Below are positions 56,216-64,000 of a stretch of DNA of 64,000 nt, piece by piece. The notes under the pieces were generated by a model, which searched no databases, was not told where the DNA came from, and saw only the letters and a list, made by a program, of their open reading frames with translations. The DNA is from an uncultured Gammaproteobacteria bacterium (GTDB taxonomy: Bacteria > Patescibacteriota > Patescibacteriia > Magasanikbacterales > GWA2-37-8), in assembly GCA_964596525.1 (NCBI GenBank), contig CAZQUL010000001.1, positions 1,212,312-1,276,311 on the forward strand. Reading direction: 5' to 3'. Within the stretch, counting starts at the first letter, position 1. Every line of letters begins with the position of its first letter. The translations under genes were made by a program, and so were the position numbers.

Positions 56216-57076
56216 ATGCCCCTTATTGACGGCAAACACGAAGCCGAACGTATTTTGAACAAACTCAGACCAGCTATCCAAAAACTCGCACGCCGCGGGC
56301 ATACGCCCCGTTTGGCGATCGCGCTTGTTGGCAGCAATCCGGCATCCGAGTTGTACGTGCGCAAAAAACAAGAAACGGCCGCCACGATCGGCATAGACTG
56401 TACGCTTTACCGGTTTCCAGAGCGTATCAGCGCCCGACGTCTGACCGATGAACTCAAGAAGTTGCAAAAAGACCCTAAACTCTCGGGACTTATCGTCCAA
56501 CTCCCTCTTCCACCACACCTTGACCAAACGGTATTACTTGCCGCCATCAAACCAGAAGTAGACGTTGATTGCCTCACCGCCGAAAATATCGGACAGCTTT
56601 TTGGCAAACACCCTCGTTTTATTCCGCCTACAACGCAGGCAGTACTACACGTGATTCGCGAGCACTCCCCCATCCTCACCGGAAAAAAAATTTGTCTTAT
56701 CGGCGCCGGTTTTTTGGTTGGCAAGCCTGTTTCGACGCTTCTTATGCACCACGATATTACCCTCACCATCTGCACCAAGGCAACAACCGATTTGGCGCGT
56801 TACTGCAAAGAAGCGGACATCATTATTTCTGGCGCAGGAAAACCGGGGCTTATCAGCGCCCGCATGGTTAAACGAGGCGCGCTTCTTATCGACGTCGGCA
56901 TCGGATTTAAAGATAATCAGGTCGTCGGTGATTCGGACACCGAGCGGATCAGCGCAAAGGCGTTCGTAACGCCCACGCCCGGCGGTATCGGACCGCTCAC
57001 CGTTGCTTACCTTCTCCACAACGTGGTCTTAAACGCGGCGAGCACCACGAAAGTTCGCGGTGCTCGCAAGAAATAA
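56216..57076 (+). CDS. folD: methylenetetrahydrofolate dehydrogenase/cyclohydrolase
   Basis: IDGK, S..YV..K, IVQLPLP, DVD, VGKP, IDVG, TPTPGGIGPLTV. Confidence 0.95.
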   Translation: MPLIDGKHEAERILNKLRPAIQKLARRGHTPRLAIALVGSNPASELYVRKKQETAATIGIDCTLYRFPERISARRLTDELKKLQKDPKLSGLIVQLPLPPHLDQTVLLAAIKPEVDVDCLTAENIGQLFGKHPRFIPPTTQAVLHVIREHSPILTGKKICLIGAGFLVGKPVSTLLMHHDITLTICTKATTDLARYCKEADIIISGAGKPGLISARMVKRGALLIDVGIGFKDNQVVGDSDTERISAKAFVTPTPGGIGPLTVAYLLHNVVLNAASTTKVRGARKK

Positions 57077-57083
57077 ACGCGGA

Positions 57084-58532
57084 CTAACCGTACATGAGAG
57101 GCGCCGGCGGCGGAGCGGGCGGCTCTTTTTTTGATGGAGCTTCCGGTGGTTTGCCGCCGATACGCTTAAGCGGCTCTTCAAATAGTTCCACCGGCAAACC
57201 GAGCGGCGGTTCGGCACGTTTAGCACCGGCTTTCTGGACCAGCGGAGTGCGCACGTTCGGAAGCGGGAAGTGCCAAATCGTAGCCAATTCTTCAATATTG
57301 AGAATATAAGGTTTTTCCGTGCCTTTGCTTTTGCGCTTTTTGTACATGCTCATGAAGCTGCTTTTGAGCGCGTTGGATTTTGCACCGCTTTTGTCGTATT
57401 CGGCGGCAGTAACGGCCGCTGGTACGATGGCGTTGCTACCAACGATATGGAACTGATTCACTGCACCGATAAGACCATCAATACAGCGGCTTGGCGAAAA
57501 CGTGGCACGGCGAGCCACGTAGAGCACGTTAATCTTTGATTTGAAACCGATTTTGGAAATTTTTTCTTCGATAGCCTCGACCGTCGCGCGCTTGCCGGGC
57601 GTAAGATCAGAGAGGGTTTTGGGTTTTTCTTCTTTCTTATCATCGCCCTTACTCTCTCCCCCACTCGTACCCACAACTTCGCTTACTATCGTACGCAAAA
57701 GATTAAGCGGCACGGTCATGACCCTAAAAAGAAGCGGAAGTTTTACTTCGGGTTTTTTATTTTCGATAATGCTTTTAACCAGTTCAATTCCAGCCTCTTT
57801 CCAATCATTGGTAACCGGCTCGACTACTATTTGTAGCCACAAATTTTCACCACGACCGATACGGCTGAAGTTTTCCAGAATACCAGCCATCGGATCACTA
57901 AAAATCTGATCCTTACTAATGTTGTGCTCAAAACTCGGATACGTGCGGATAGGATAAGCCTCATCCTGCGCAAGCTTGAACTCAACCCCAAAAGCATCGT
58001 AATCCGGATCGGGGAACTTGTCGGGAAAAGCAGTTACATAGTCTTCGACTTCGGTGATTTCAGCTTCGGCATACTGGGCGTAGATCGCAGCCTCCACCAA
58101 ATCGCGATACTCAACTTCGGTACGGATGAGGAACTGGGTATAACCCTCAATACTCACCACCTCGAAGCTGAAGTATTTCTGCTCTTTGCCGTGCCAATAT
58201 TTGTCCGCAATATTGCAGCTGATAAGAGCGCCGGAAAGCTGGGTGAAGATCTGTTCGACAGCTTTGGGCGACTGGATAAACATAGCCGGAATATCCACAG
58301 CCAAGACCACCCACTTCCAATTCTGTTTCAGCCCCTTGCGGAAATCAATGAGTTTTTCGGAAGCCTTTTTAAAACAAAGCCAGGCGATAAGCACCCAGCC
58401 GATACTTGCAAAAAAGAGAGCAATTAAATACCCAGGGCTCGCTAGAATATCGCCCAACCCCGAAATTTCGAGGACGAGTCCGAAAGGCAGTTCGATAATG
58501 TATGATTCCATACCGGAAAAATCAGCGCTCAC
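57084..58532 (-). CDS. conserved membrane-anchored hypothetical protein
   Basis: 482 aa; SPKAVEQIF, FSFEVVS, IYAQY.EAEI.EV.DY, YPIRTY, LNIEELATIWHFP; GTG overlaps the upstream TAG. Confidence 0.75.
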   Translation of the reverse strand: MSADFSGMESYIIELPFGLVLEISGLGDILASPGYLIALFFASIGWVLIAWLCFKKASEKLIDFRKGLKQNWKWVVLAVDIPAMFIQSPKAVEQIFTQLSGALISCNIADKYWHGKEQKYFSFEVVSIEGYTQFLIRTEVEYRDLVEAAIYAQYAEAEITEVEDYVTAFPDKFPDPDYDAFGVEFKLAQDEAYPIRTYPSFEHNISKDQIFSDPMAGILENFSRIGRGENLWLQIVVEPVTNDWKEAGIELVKSIIENKKPEVKLPLLFRVMTVPLNLLRTIVSEVVGTSGGESKGDDKKEEKPKTLSDLTPGKRATVEAIEEKISKIGFKSKINVLYVARRATFSPSRCIDGLIGAVNQFHIVGSNAIVPAAVTAAEYDKSGAKSNALKSSFMSMYKKRKSKGTEKPYILNIEELATIWHFPLPNVRTPLVQKAGAKRAEPPLGLPVELFEEPLKRIGGKPPEAPSKKEPPAPPPAPLMYG

Positions 58533-58696
58533 TAATCTTTAGTGATGGTTTTATAAACCAGGATGTAGACGATAAAAACCCCGAGCACCGTCCACCACCA
58601 GCCATACGCACCCGACAAAAACCCGGCCGCCCAGGCCAGTATAGCCATGAATGTAATGAGAAACGCGATGGTATGACGCAGAGAATTGTCGGTCAT
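58532..58696 (-). CDS. small two-TM membrane protein (missing from the ORF track)
   Basis: hand translation MTDNSLRHTIAFLITFMAILAWAAGFLSGAYGWWWTVLGVFIVYILVYKTITKD; TAG/GTG coupling to the next gene. Confidence 0.7.
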   Translation of the reverse strand: MTDNSLRHTIAFLITFMAILAWAAGFLSGAYGWWWTVLGVFIVYILVYKTITKD

Positions 58697-58780
58697 AGAA
58701 GATGATAAGTAGAAAGTAGTATAGCATGAAACAACAAATCTCCCTACTGCAAAGCGGGAGATTTGTTAAATATGCCAGAC

Positions 58781-59692
58781 TTAGGCAGCTGATTTTTCTC
58801 GGTACGCGAGAACAAGAAGCGGTGCAGCGACGAAGATAGACGAGTAGGCACCGCTCGCCATACCCACCAGGAGCGCCAAGGTAAAGCTCCGGAGCGTTTC
58901 GCCGCCCAAGAAATACAAGGCGAGAAGCGGCAAAAGAACCGTGAAGGTGGTGTTAAGAGAACGCATAAGCGTCTCATTGAGACCGCGGTTGACAATCTCT
59001 TTAAACGGCAGATCACGGTGATGGATAAGATTTTCGCGGATACGGTCGTACACGACGATGGTATCGTTAACCGAGAAGCCGAGCACAGTGAGGAGCGCTA
59101 CCACGAAAGCGATATCGACTTCGACTTGGCGGAAGTGTCCAAGGACGGCAAATACGGCAAGCACGACAAGCACGTCATGAAGAAGCGCCGCAATAGCCAT
59201 AACGCCGTACTTCCAGCTGGCGACCGGGCGGGTAACCTGACGGAAAGCGTAGGCCAAATACGCGATAATACTCAAGTTAACGAGCGCGATGGCCCAAATG
59301 GCTTTAGAACGGAGCTGCTCACTCACCACGGCACCGAGCGCTTCAACTCGTTCTTCTTTTACCGTATTACTCGCGGTACCGAACTGCTTAACAAGAGCCG
59401 TGCTGATCTTGGCACGTTCTTCTTCGGTAAGGAAACGAGAGCGGATAATGACGCCCTGCGAACCAGTGGTCTGCAGATGGGCATCGTCGATACCGGCTTC
59501 TTTTTTGTACACTTCTTTAAGCTCATCATTACTTGGCCGGGTCATGCTGAAGGACAGTTCGGTCAAGGTTCCGCCGGTAAAATCGATACCCGGCCGCAGG
59601 CCAAAAGCGATGAGGAGGCCAGCCGACACAGCAACGGTAACCGCGGTAATCGCGAGCCAGATCTTGTAATACTTGATGAAGGGAATATTCAT
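58781..59692 (-). CDS. secF: protein translocase subunit SecF
   Basis: GIDFTGG, ALLHDV, GFSVNDTIVVYDRIRE, RSLNT, GAYSSIF.A.P; ATG 59692. Confidence 0.96.
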   Translation of the reverse strand: MNIPFIKYYKIWLAITAVTVAVSAGLLIAFGLRPGIDFTGGTLTELSFSMTRPSNDELKEVYKKEAGIDDAHLQTTGSQGVIIRSRFLTEEERAKISTALVKQFGTASNTVKEERVEALGAVVSEQLRSKAIWAIALVNLSIIAYLAYAFRQVTRPVASWKYGVMAIAALLHDVLVVLAVFAVLGHFRQVEVDIAFVVALLTVLGFSVNDTIVVYDRIRENLIHHRDLPFKEIVNRGLNETLMRSLNTTFTVLLPLLALYFLGGETLRSFTLALLVGMASGAYSSIFVAAPLLVLAYREKSAA

Positions 59693-59705
59693 AGAAGAAA
59701 AGGCA

Positions 59706-61757
59706 TTAGGACGAACGGCGCGAACCGAGAATGTACCAGCCGCCTTCGGCAGGCACATACTGCATTACGAAACGCATAATGGTGCGGGTAATGGTGATGG
59801 CGGTGAAGAGGTTGATAAGCGTACCAAGCGCGAGGATGGTAGCAAAACCTTGCACGAAGCCACTGCCAAACCACATTAGGAAGACGCAGCTGATAAGCGC
59901 AGCCACATGCCCATCGCGGATAGAAGGCCACGAACGAGTGAAGGATTCTTCGACCGCGGAACGAAGCGTTTTACCAGCCTGCAGTTCTTCTTTGAGACGC
60001 TCAAAGACGAGGATATTGGCGTCCACCGCCATACCGATAGAAAGGATAAAACCAGCAATACCCGAGAGCGTCATGGTAACACCGAGGATCTTGAAGACTG
60101 CCAAACTCAGCATGGTGTAGAAGACAAGGGAAACAACCGAGAGCGTACCTGGCAAGCGGTAGTATAAAATCATGAAGATCATGATGGCGATGAGGCCGTA
60201 GATACCGGCACGGAAGCTCTTGGCGAGCGAGTCGGCACCGAGGGTGGCATCAACGTTCTTTTGACTGATAAGTTCGACCGGAACAGGCAAGGCACCAAGA
60301 TTAAGGTTTTGAGCGAGTTTCTGCGCCTCAAGCAGGTTGAAATCGCCGCTGATGGAAGCAGTGCCGCTGAGGATTGGTTCGTTGACACGCGGCAAACTGA
60401 TCGGCTCGCCGTCAAGGAAAATAGCGAGGATTTTATTGATGTTACGAGCCGTTATCTCGCCGAAGAGCTTTGCTCCTTCTTCATCAAAAGCGAGGCTTAC
60501 CTGGACGCGGGACGACCGCGGGTCCTGCACCACTTCGGCACGCTCAAGATACTTACCGGTGAGGCCGGTGGATTTCCACTGCTCTGAGGGCGGAACAATG
60601 TCAGCCGCACTCTTGGTTTTGAAGAGTATGCGAGCCAAGCGGTATTCTTTCTCGAAACTTTGGTTTTTCTTATAGATAATGTGGAAACCGAACGGAGTTT
60701 CAACAACTTGCGAAATAGTACCAGTCGCCATGGGCCACACGGCATCTTCGAACTCTTTAACCATCACGCCGCGCGGAAAAGAACCTAAATCACCTTCACG
60801 GGCCGCAGCACCCGGTTCCGTGGAGTGCTGTTTTACGAGTTCTCCGAAATTTTGGGGGGTTGCCTTGGTGCGGATTTCGTCGATTTTCTTTTTAGCTTCA
60901 TCACGGCTGAGGGTAGGATTATCGCACCGTTCGGCTCCTTTATAGCACAAAAGCAGATGAGCGGCCGAAACAACTTCTTGACCATCGCGTACTGCAATAC
61001 GCTTTATAATGTTGTAACCCTCAAGCGACTGAATAACCTCTTTGCTCACCTCGCCATTTTTGTGCCCAGCTGCCCAGGCCGCGAGTTCGGGGTAATACGT
61101 AGAAGAAACGAAGTCCATGTCACCACCGCGAACTTTAGTCGCTTCATCTTCGGATAATTTGGAAGCGAACGATTCAAAGCTCGACGTGGATTTGGCCATG
61201 TTCAAAAGAGTATCCTTGGCTTTTTTCTCGGCGGCTTTGTTGAAATCAGTGAGCTGTTTTTCTTCCTGTTTGGTGAGCGCACGCGGCGGTTCAGTATTTT
61301 CCTCTTTAAACTCAAGAATCGGTGTGCGGCGGATAAGCTCAGTAGCCTTGGAGACATCGGTTACGCCGGGGAGCTCAACGATGAGACGGTAATCGCTGCC
61401 GCTCTGCGCGGTTTCTACGACCGGCTCAGCAACACTCAAACCACCGCGGACGCGGCGTTCGATAATGTCGCGGACACTCTGAAGCGCGCCCGGGCGATCA
61501 GCGGGGGCAATATCGTCGACCTTAGCTTGGTAGACGAGATGCGCACCGCCTTTCAGATCAAGACCGAGCTGGAACGGTTTGTCGAAAATGGTGGGGATGC
61601 CGATATTTGATCTTTCGTTGAGGCGCGTAATGAGTCCATTGAGTGGACCAGAAAAAATAACCAACGCTGTAACAGCAAGCAGAAGGGTGAGCCAGCCGAC
61701 GCGTTTTTTGACCGCACTCATAGAAAGATTTTGGGTAGGGCGCTCGCGAGAACTCAT
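59706..61757 (-). CDS. secD: protein translocase subunit SecD with two inserted parvulin (PpiC) domains
   Basis: LGLDLKGG, VELPG, GALP, ATLG, GMAVDANILVFER.KEE; parvulin motifs GGDMDFV and AHLL..GDLGSF..MVKEFE..ET.FGFHII. Confidence 0.95.
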   Translation of the reverse strand: MSSRERPTQNLSMSAVKKRVGWLTLLLAVTALVIFSGPLNGLITRLNERSNIGIPTIFDKPFQLGLDLKGGAHLVYQAKVDDIAPADRPGALQSVRDIIERRVRGGLSVAEPVVETAQSGSDYRLIVELPGVTDVSKATELIRRTPILEFKEENTEPPRALTKQEEKQLTDFNKAAEKKAKDTLLNMAKSTSSFESFASKLSEDEATKVRGGDMDFVSSTYYPELAAWAAGHKNGEVSKEVIQSLEGYNIIKRIAVRDGQEVVSAAHLLLCYKGAERCDNPTLSRDEAKKKIDEIRTKATPQNFGELVKQHSTEPGAAAREGDLGSFPRGVMVKEFEDAVWPMATGTISQVVETPFGFHIIYKKNQSFEKEYRLARILFKTKSAADIVPPSEQWKSTGLTGKYLERAEVVQDPRSSRVQVSLAFDEEGAKLFGEITARNINKILAIFLDGEPISLPRVNEPILSGTASISGDFNLLEAQKLAQNLNLGALPVPVELISQKNVDATLGADSLAKSFRAGIYGLIAIMIFMILYYRLPGTLSVVSLVFYTMLSLAVFKILGVTMTLSGIAGFILSIGMAVDANILVFERLKEELQAGKTLRSAVEESFTRSWPSIRDGHVAALISCVFLMWFGSGFVQGFATILALGTLINLFTAITITRTIMRFVMQYVPAEGGWYILGSRRSS

Positions 61758-61877
61758 AACGAAAAAGTTAAAAAAACCGATATCTTAGGCTTATTCAAAG
61801 CGAATAGTACTGTGTTTACCTGGCTTTGACAAGTGGATAAGGGCTCATTTGATCTGGTGCACCACGCTCTCAAATGA

Positions 61878-61906
61878 TTGACAAAAGCGCCTCTTATTCA
61901 TATAGT
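61878..61906 (+). promoter_or_regulatory. sigma70 promoter
   Basis: TTGACA-N17-TATAGT upstream of ATG 61931. Confidence 0.75.
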
Positions 61907-61930
61907 TACGTAGTGATATTACTTGTTACT

Positions 61931-62824
61931 ATGCACGCACCTTTCCGAAACAAAACATTTTTTCTCGTTGCGAGCGTACTTATGGCAGCAGTCCTGAGTG
62001 GCTGCGGCGAAGCACCAGCTGCATACCCTTCGTTTAACAGCAGCTCGTCGACATCGATCGGGGTAACGAACCCCACGAGCGGATCGGCACGTACCGCTCC
62101 GACACGGTTTCTTACTTTTAAAGGTCTTAACCATTCTCCCACCTCGTCATTGTCACTACGCTTGTTCGCGGCGAATGGACAGGAACTTACCCCGAACGAA
62201 CTCGAAACTATCCACGAGCGGCAGTTGCATCTTATTGTTATCGACAAAGACGCACGTGTTTTCCAACATCTGCACCCGACGTTCTCTAATGGATACTGGG
62301 AAACGGATGTAGCCGCACCTTGCAGTAGCACATTCTACGCCTACGCGGACTTTAAACCCAAAAACGGTCCGGAAGAAGTGCTTCTTACCTCCCTCTCTAC
62401 TGCTTCGTCGGGAGTTGCGGCTTGTACTGCGCGTCATCAGACTGTCCCTGAACCTGGCTTTAGCGCCACGCTCACTACGACAACGTTTGTGGCAGGCACT
62501 GACACGGAACTTAATTTCACCGTCATGAAATCTGGCAAACCAGCCAACATAAAACCGTATCTAGGCGCCTACGGCCATGTCGTAATCGTGCAAGAAAATA
62601 ATCCGGAACGTTTTCTTCACGTGCACCCCATTACCACTGATTCTCCCAAAAATGGCCGCGTGGACTTTGGCACGCTGTTCCCCGCTGTCGGCACCTACCG
62701 CGTTTTTGCCCAATTCAATAGCGACGGGCGCATTGTAACACTCCCCTTTACGGTAAACGCACTAGGCGAGGCCGGCAACAACACCTCGCCATCTGAACCG
62801 GCCGCTCACCACGACCATCACTAA
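61931..62824 (+). CDS. His-rich lipoprotein, putative heavy-metal-binding
   Basis: lipobox LSGC; duplicated HLIVI..FQHLHP and YLGAYGHVV..FLHVHP modules; HHDHH tail. Confidence 0.75.
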   Translation: MHAPFRNKTFFLVASVLMAAVLSGCGEAPAAYPSFNSSSSTSIGVTNPTSGSARTAPTRFLTFKGLNHSPTSSLSLRLFAANGQELTPNELETIHERQLHLIVIDKDARVFQHLHPTFSNGYWETDVAAPCSSTFYAYADFKPKNGPEEVLLTSLSTASSGVAACTARHQTVPEPGFSATLTTTTFVAGTDTELNFTVMKSGKPANIKPYLGAYGHVVIVQENNPERFLHVHPITTDSPKNGRVDFGTLFPAVGTYRVFAQFNSDGRIVTLPFTVNALGEAGNNTSPSEPAAHHDHH

Positions 62825-62862
62825 ACAATGTACATTTAACAGAAGGAGGGAACTTTTTTGCT

Positions 62863-63450
62863 ATGTCCTCCCTTCTGCCTACTTTTACCGTCAAACATCT
62901 TTTCCGCCCTGAAAAAAAATTGGTCCGCCAGTTACCTGTGTACCACCCACTCCCCGTTGCAAAAAATGAAACACCGGAAGAAGTCGGCGAGACTGCCGTA
63001 AACGAAATCGAAGGTCTTATCCATGAAGAGCGCTTGGATTTGGGCGGCTACCTAGTTACCCACCCGTCCCGTACGTTCATCGTACAGGTCCACGGCGATG
63101 ATTATGCCGAATCCGGTATCAGCTCCGGCGACTTGCTGGTTATTGATCAGGAAGGAGAAGTGCGCGACGGCAGCTTAGCTGTCGGTCGTATGGGAAAGCA
63201 CTTCATTGTGAGCCATATCCGTATCAAGAACAAATTATGGTTTCTCGCAGGAACAGACGGCCGCGACGTGCCCATCACTAAAGATATGCAGGTTGAATTT
63301 TGGGGCGTGGTCACCTACCATATCCGCCGTCCGGGCAAATACCAACCGGCCCGCGCAGAACGCAAAGCCAAAGCTGTTGAAAAAGAAACCACTCTTACAC
63401 CCGTAACAGAACCGACGGATCTTACGGCTGCGTTAGCCGCCGCTTCTTAA
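62863..63450 (+). CDS. UmuD/LexA S24-domain protein with degenerate active site
   Basis: RLDL..YLV.HP..TF...V.GD....GI..GDLLVID..FWGVV matches the UmuD fold. Confidence 0.75.
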   Translation: MSSLLPTFTVKHLFRPEKKLVRQLPVYHPLPVAKNETPEEVGETAVNEIEGLIHEERLDLGGYLVTHPSRTFIVQVHGDDYAESGISSGDLLVIDQEGEVRDGSLAVGRMGKHFIVSHIRIKNKLWFLAGTDGRDVPITKDMQVEFWGVVTYHIRRPGKYQPARAERKAKAVEKETTLTPVTEPTDLTAALAAAS

Positions 63451-64000
63451 GGGGTCACCACGCTAAAAAAGAGGGTGTCAGCTACAAGAGCCGGACGAAC
63501 GTACGCCGCCCCCAAGCGGCGTGCTTTTATTAAAGCAGCTAAAAATGAAGCGAGACGCTCAATATCAGCAGTAGCCGCCGTAGTGCGAGAACGCTCATGA
63601 AATTCGGCTTGGGTACGGTAGAGGAGCTCAACAATGAGCTCTTGCCGCTCGTCAAGACTGCTTTCGGGACCATGTGGCAGCAATCCCTCGAAAGCTCGGG
63701 ACATATCGTAGTACGAAGATGCACAGATTCCTTGTACAAAAGAATTAATTTGCCGCGCATGAACACGAAAATCTTCATCTTCAGCATAACGAAACGCCAC
63801 ACCGGGCCGACCCGCAGCTGCACGAACAGCTTCATCAATGTAATCTGTAGGGTTCTGGCGTGCAGATAGATGTTCGCGAATTTCATCGTCAGCCACGCGA
63901 TGGAAACGGACTTGTTGGACACGAGAAATGACCGTCGGAAGGAGTGCGTCCTGGTGTTCGGCAATAAGAAAGAAGGTGGTCTGGCGCGGCGGCTCCTCGA
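63447..64000 (-). CDS. holB: DNA polymerase III delta-prime subunit, 3' part (5' end beyond the window)
   Basis: frame open to the window edge; reads EEPPRQTTFFLIAE..LLPTVISRVQQVRF, the clamp-loader motif. Confidence 0.85.
   Translation of the reverse strand, partial: EEPPRQTTFFLIAEHQDALLPTVISRVQQVRFHRVADDEIREHLSARQNPTDYIDEAVRAAAGRPGVAFRYAEDEDFRVHARQINSFVQGICASSYYDMSRAFEGLLPHGPESSLDERQELIVELLYRTQAEFHERSRTTAATADIERLASFLAALIKARRLGAAYVRPALVADTLFFSVVTP

Noticed and set aside
63447-63896. Stand-alone 149-aa hypothetical protein
   Set aside because: The frame continues upstream to the window edge with HolB motifs

Overview
64 kb of a bacterial chromosome, most likely Patescibacteria/CPR. This is inferred from the rpoA-rplQ-rplM-rpsI order, short L13, RpoA without a C-terminal domain, core genes lacking Shine-Dalgarno motifs and GAGC-type lipoproteins. 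Core genes: infA-rpmJ-rpsM-rpsK-rpsD-rpoA-rplQ-rplM-rpsI, rplU, rpmG, cca, recJ, folD, secD/secF, partial holB, upp, trhO, two tRNA-Pro and one tRNA-Trp. Accessory content includes a complete type V-A CRISPR-Cas locus (cas12a-cas4-cas1-cas2, 15 repeats), an ECF sigma/efflux module, O2-dependent lipid-modifying enzymes (delta-9 desaturase, CarF/TMEM189 desaturase, atypical P450, 2OG oxygenase) and myxobacterial-style secreted proteins. The best candidates for something undescribed are: (1) a LuxI/FeeM-like acyltransferase + Rv1355c-type ThiF enzyme + 7TM histidine kinase trio that looks like a signal synthesis and sensing module; (2) a ~130-nt RNA with competing folds directly upstream of a divergent, Zn-ribbon-bearing Cas12a; (3) a SecD-parvulin fusion. 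All family calls come from reading motifs by eye; no database searches or folding programs were run.
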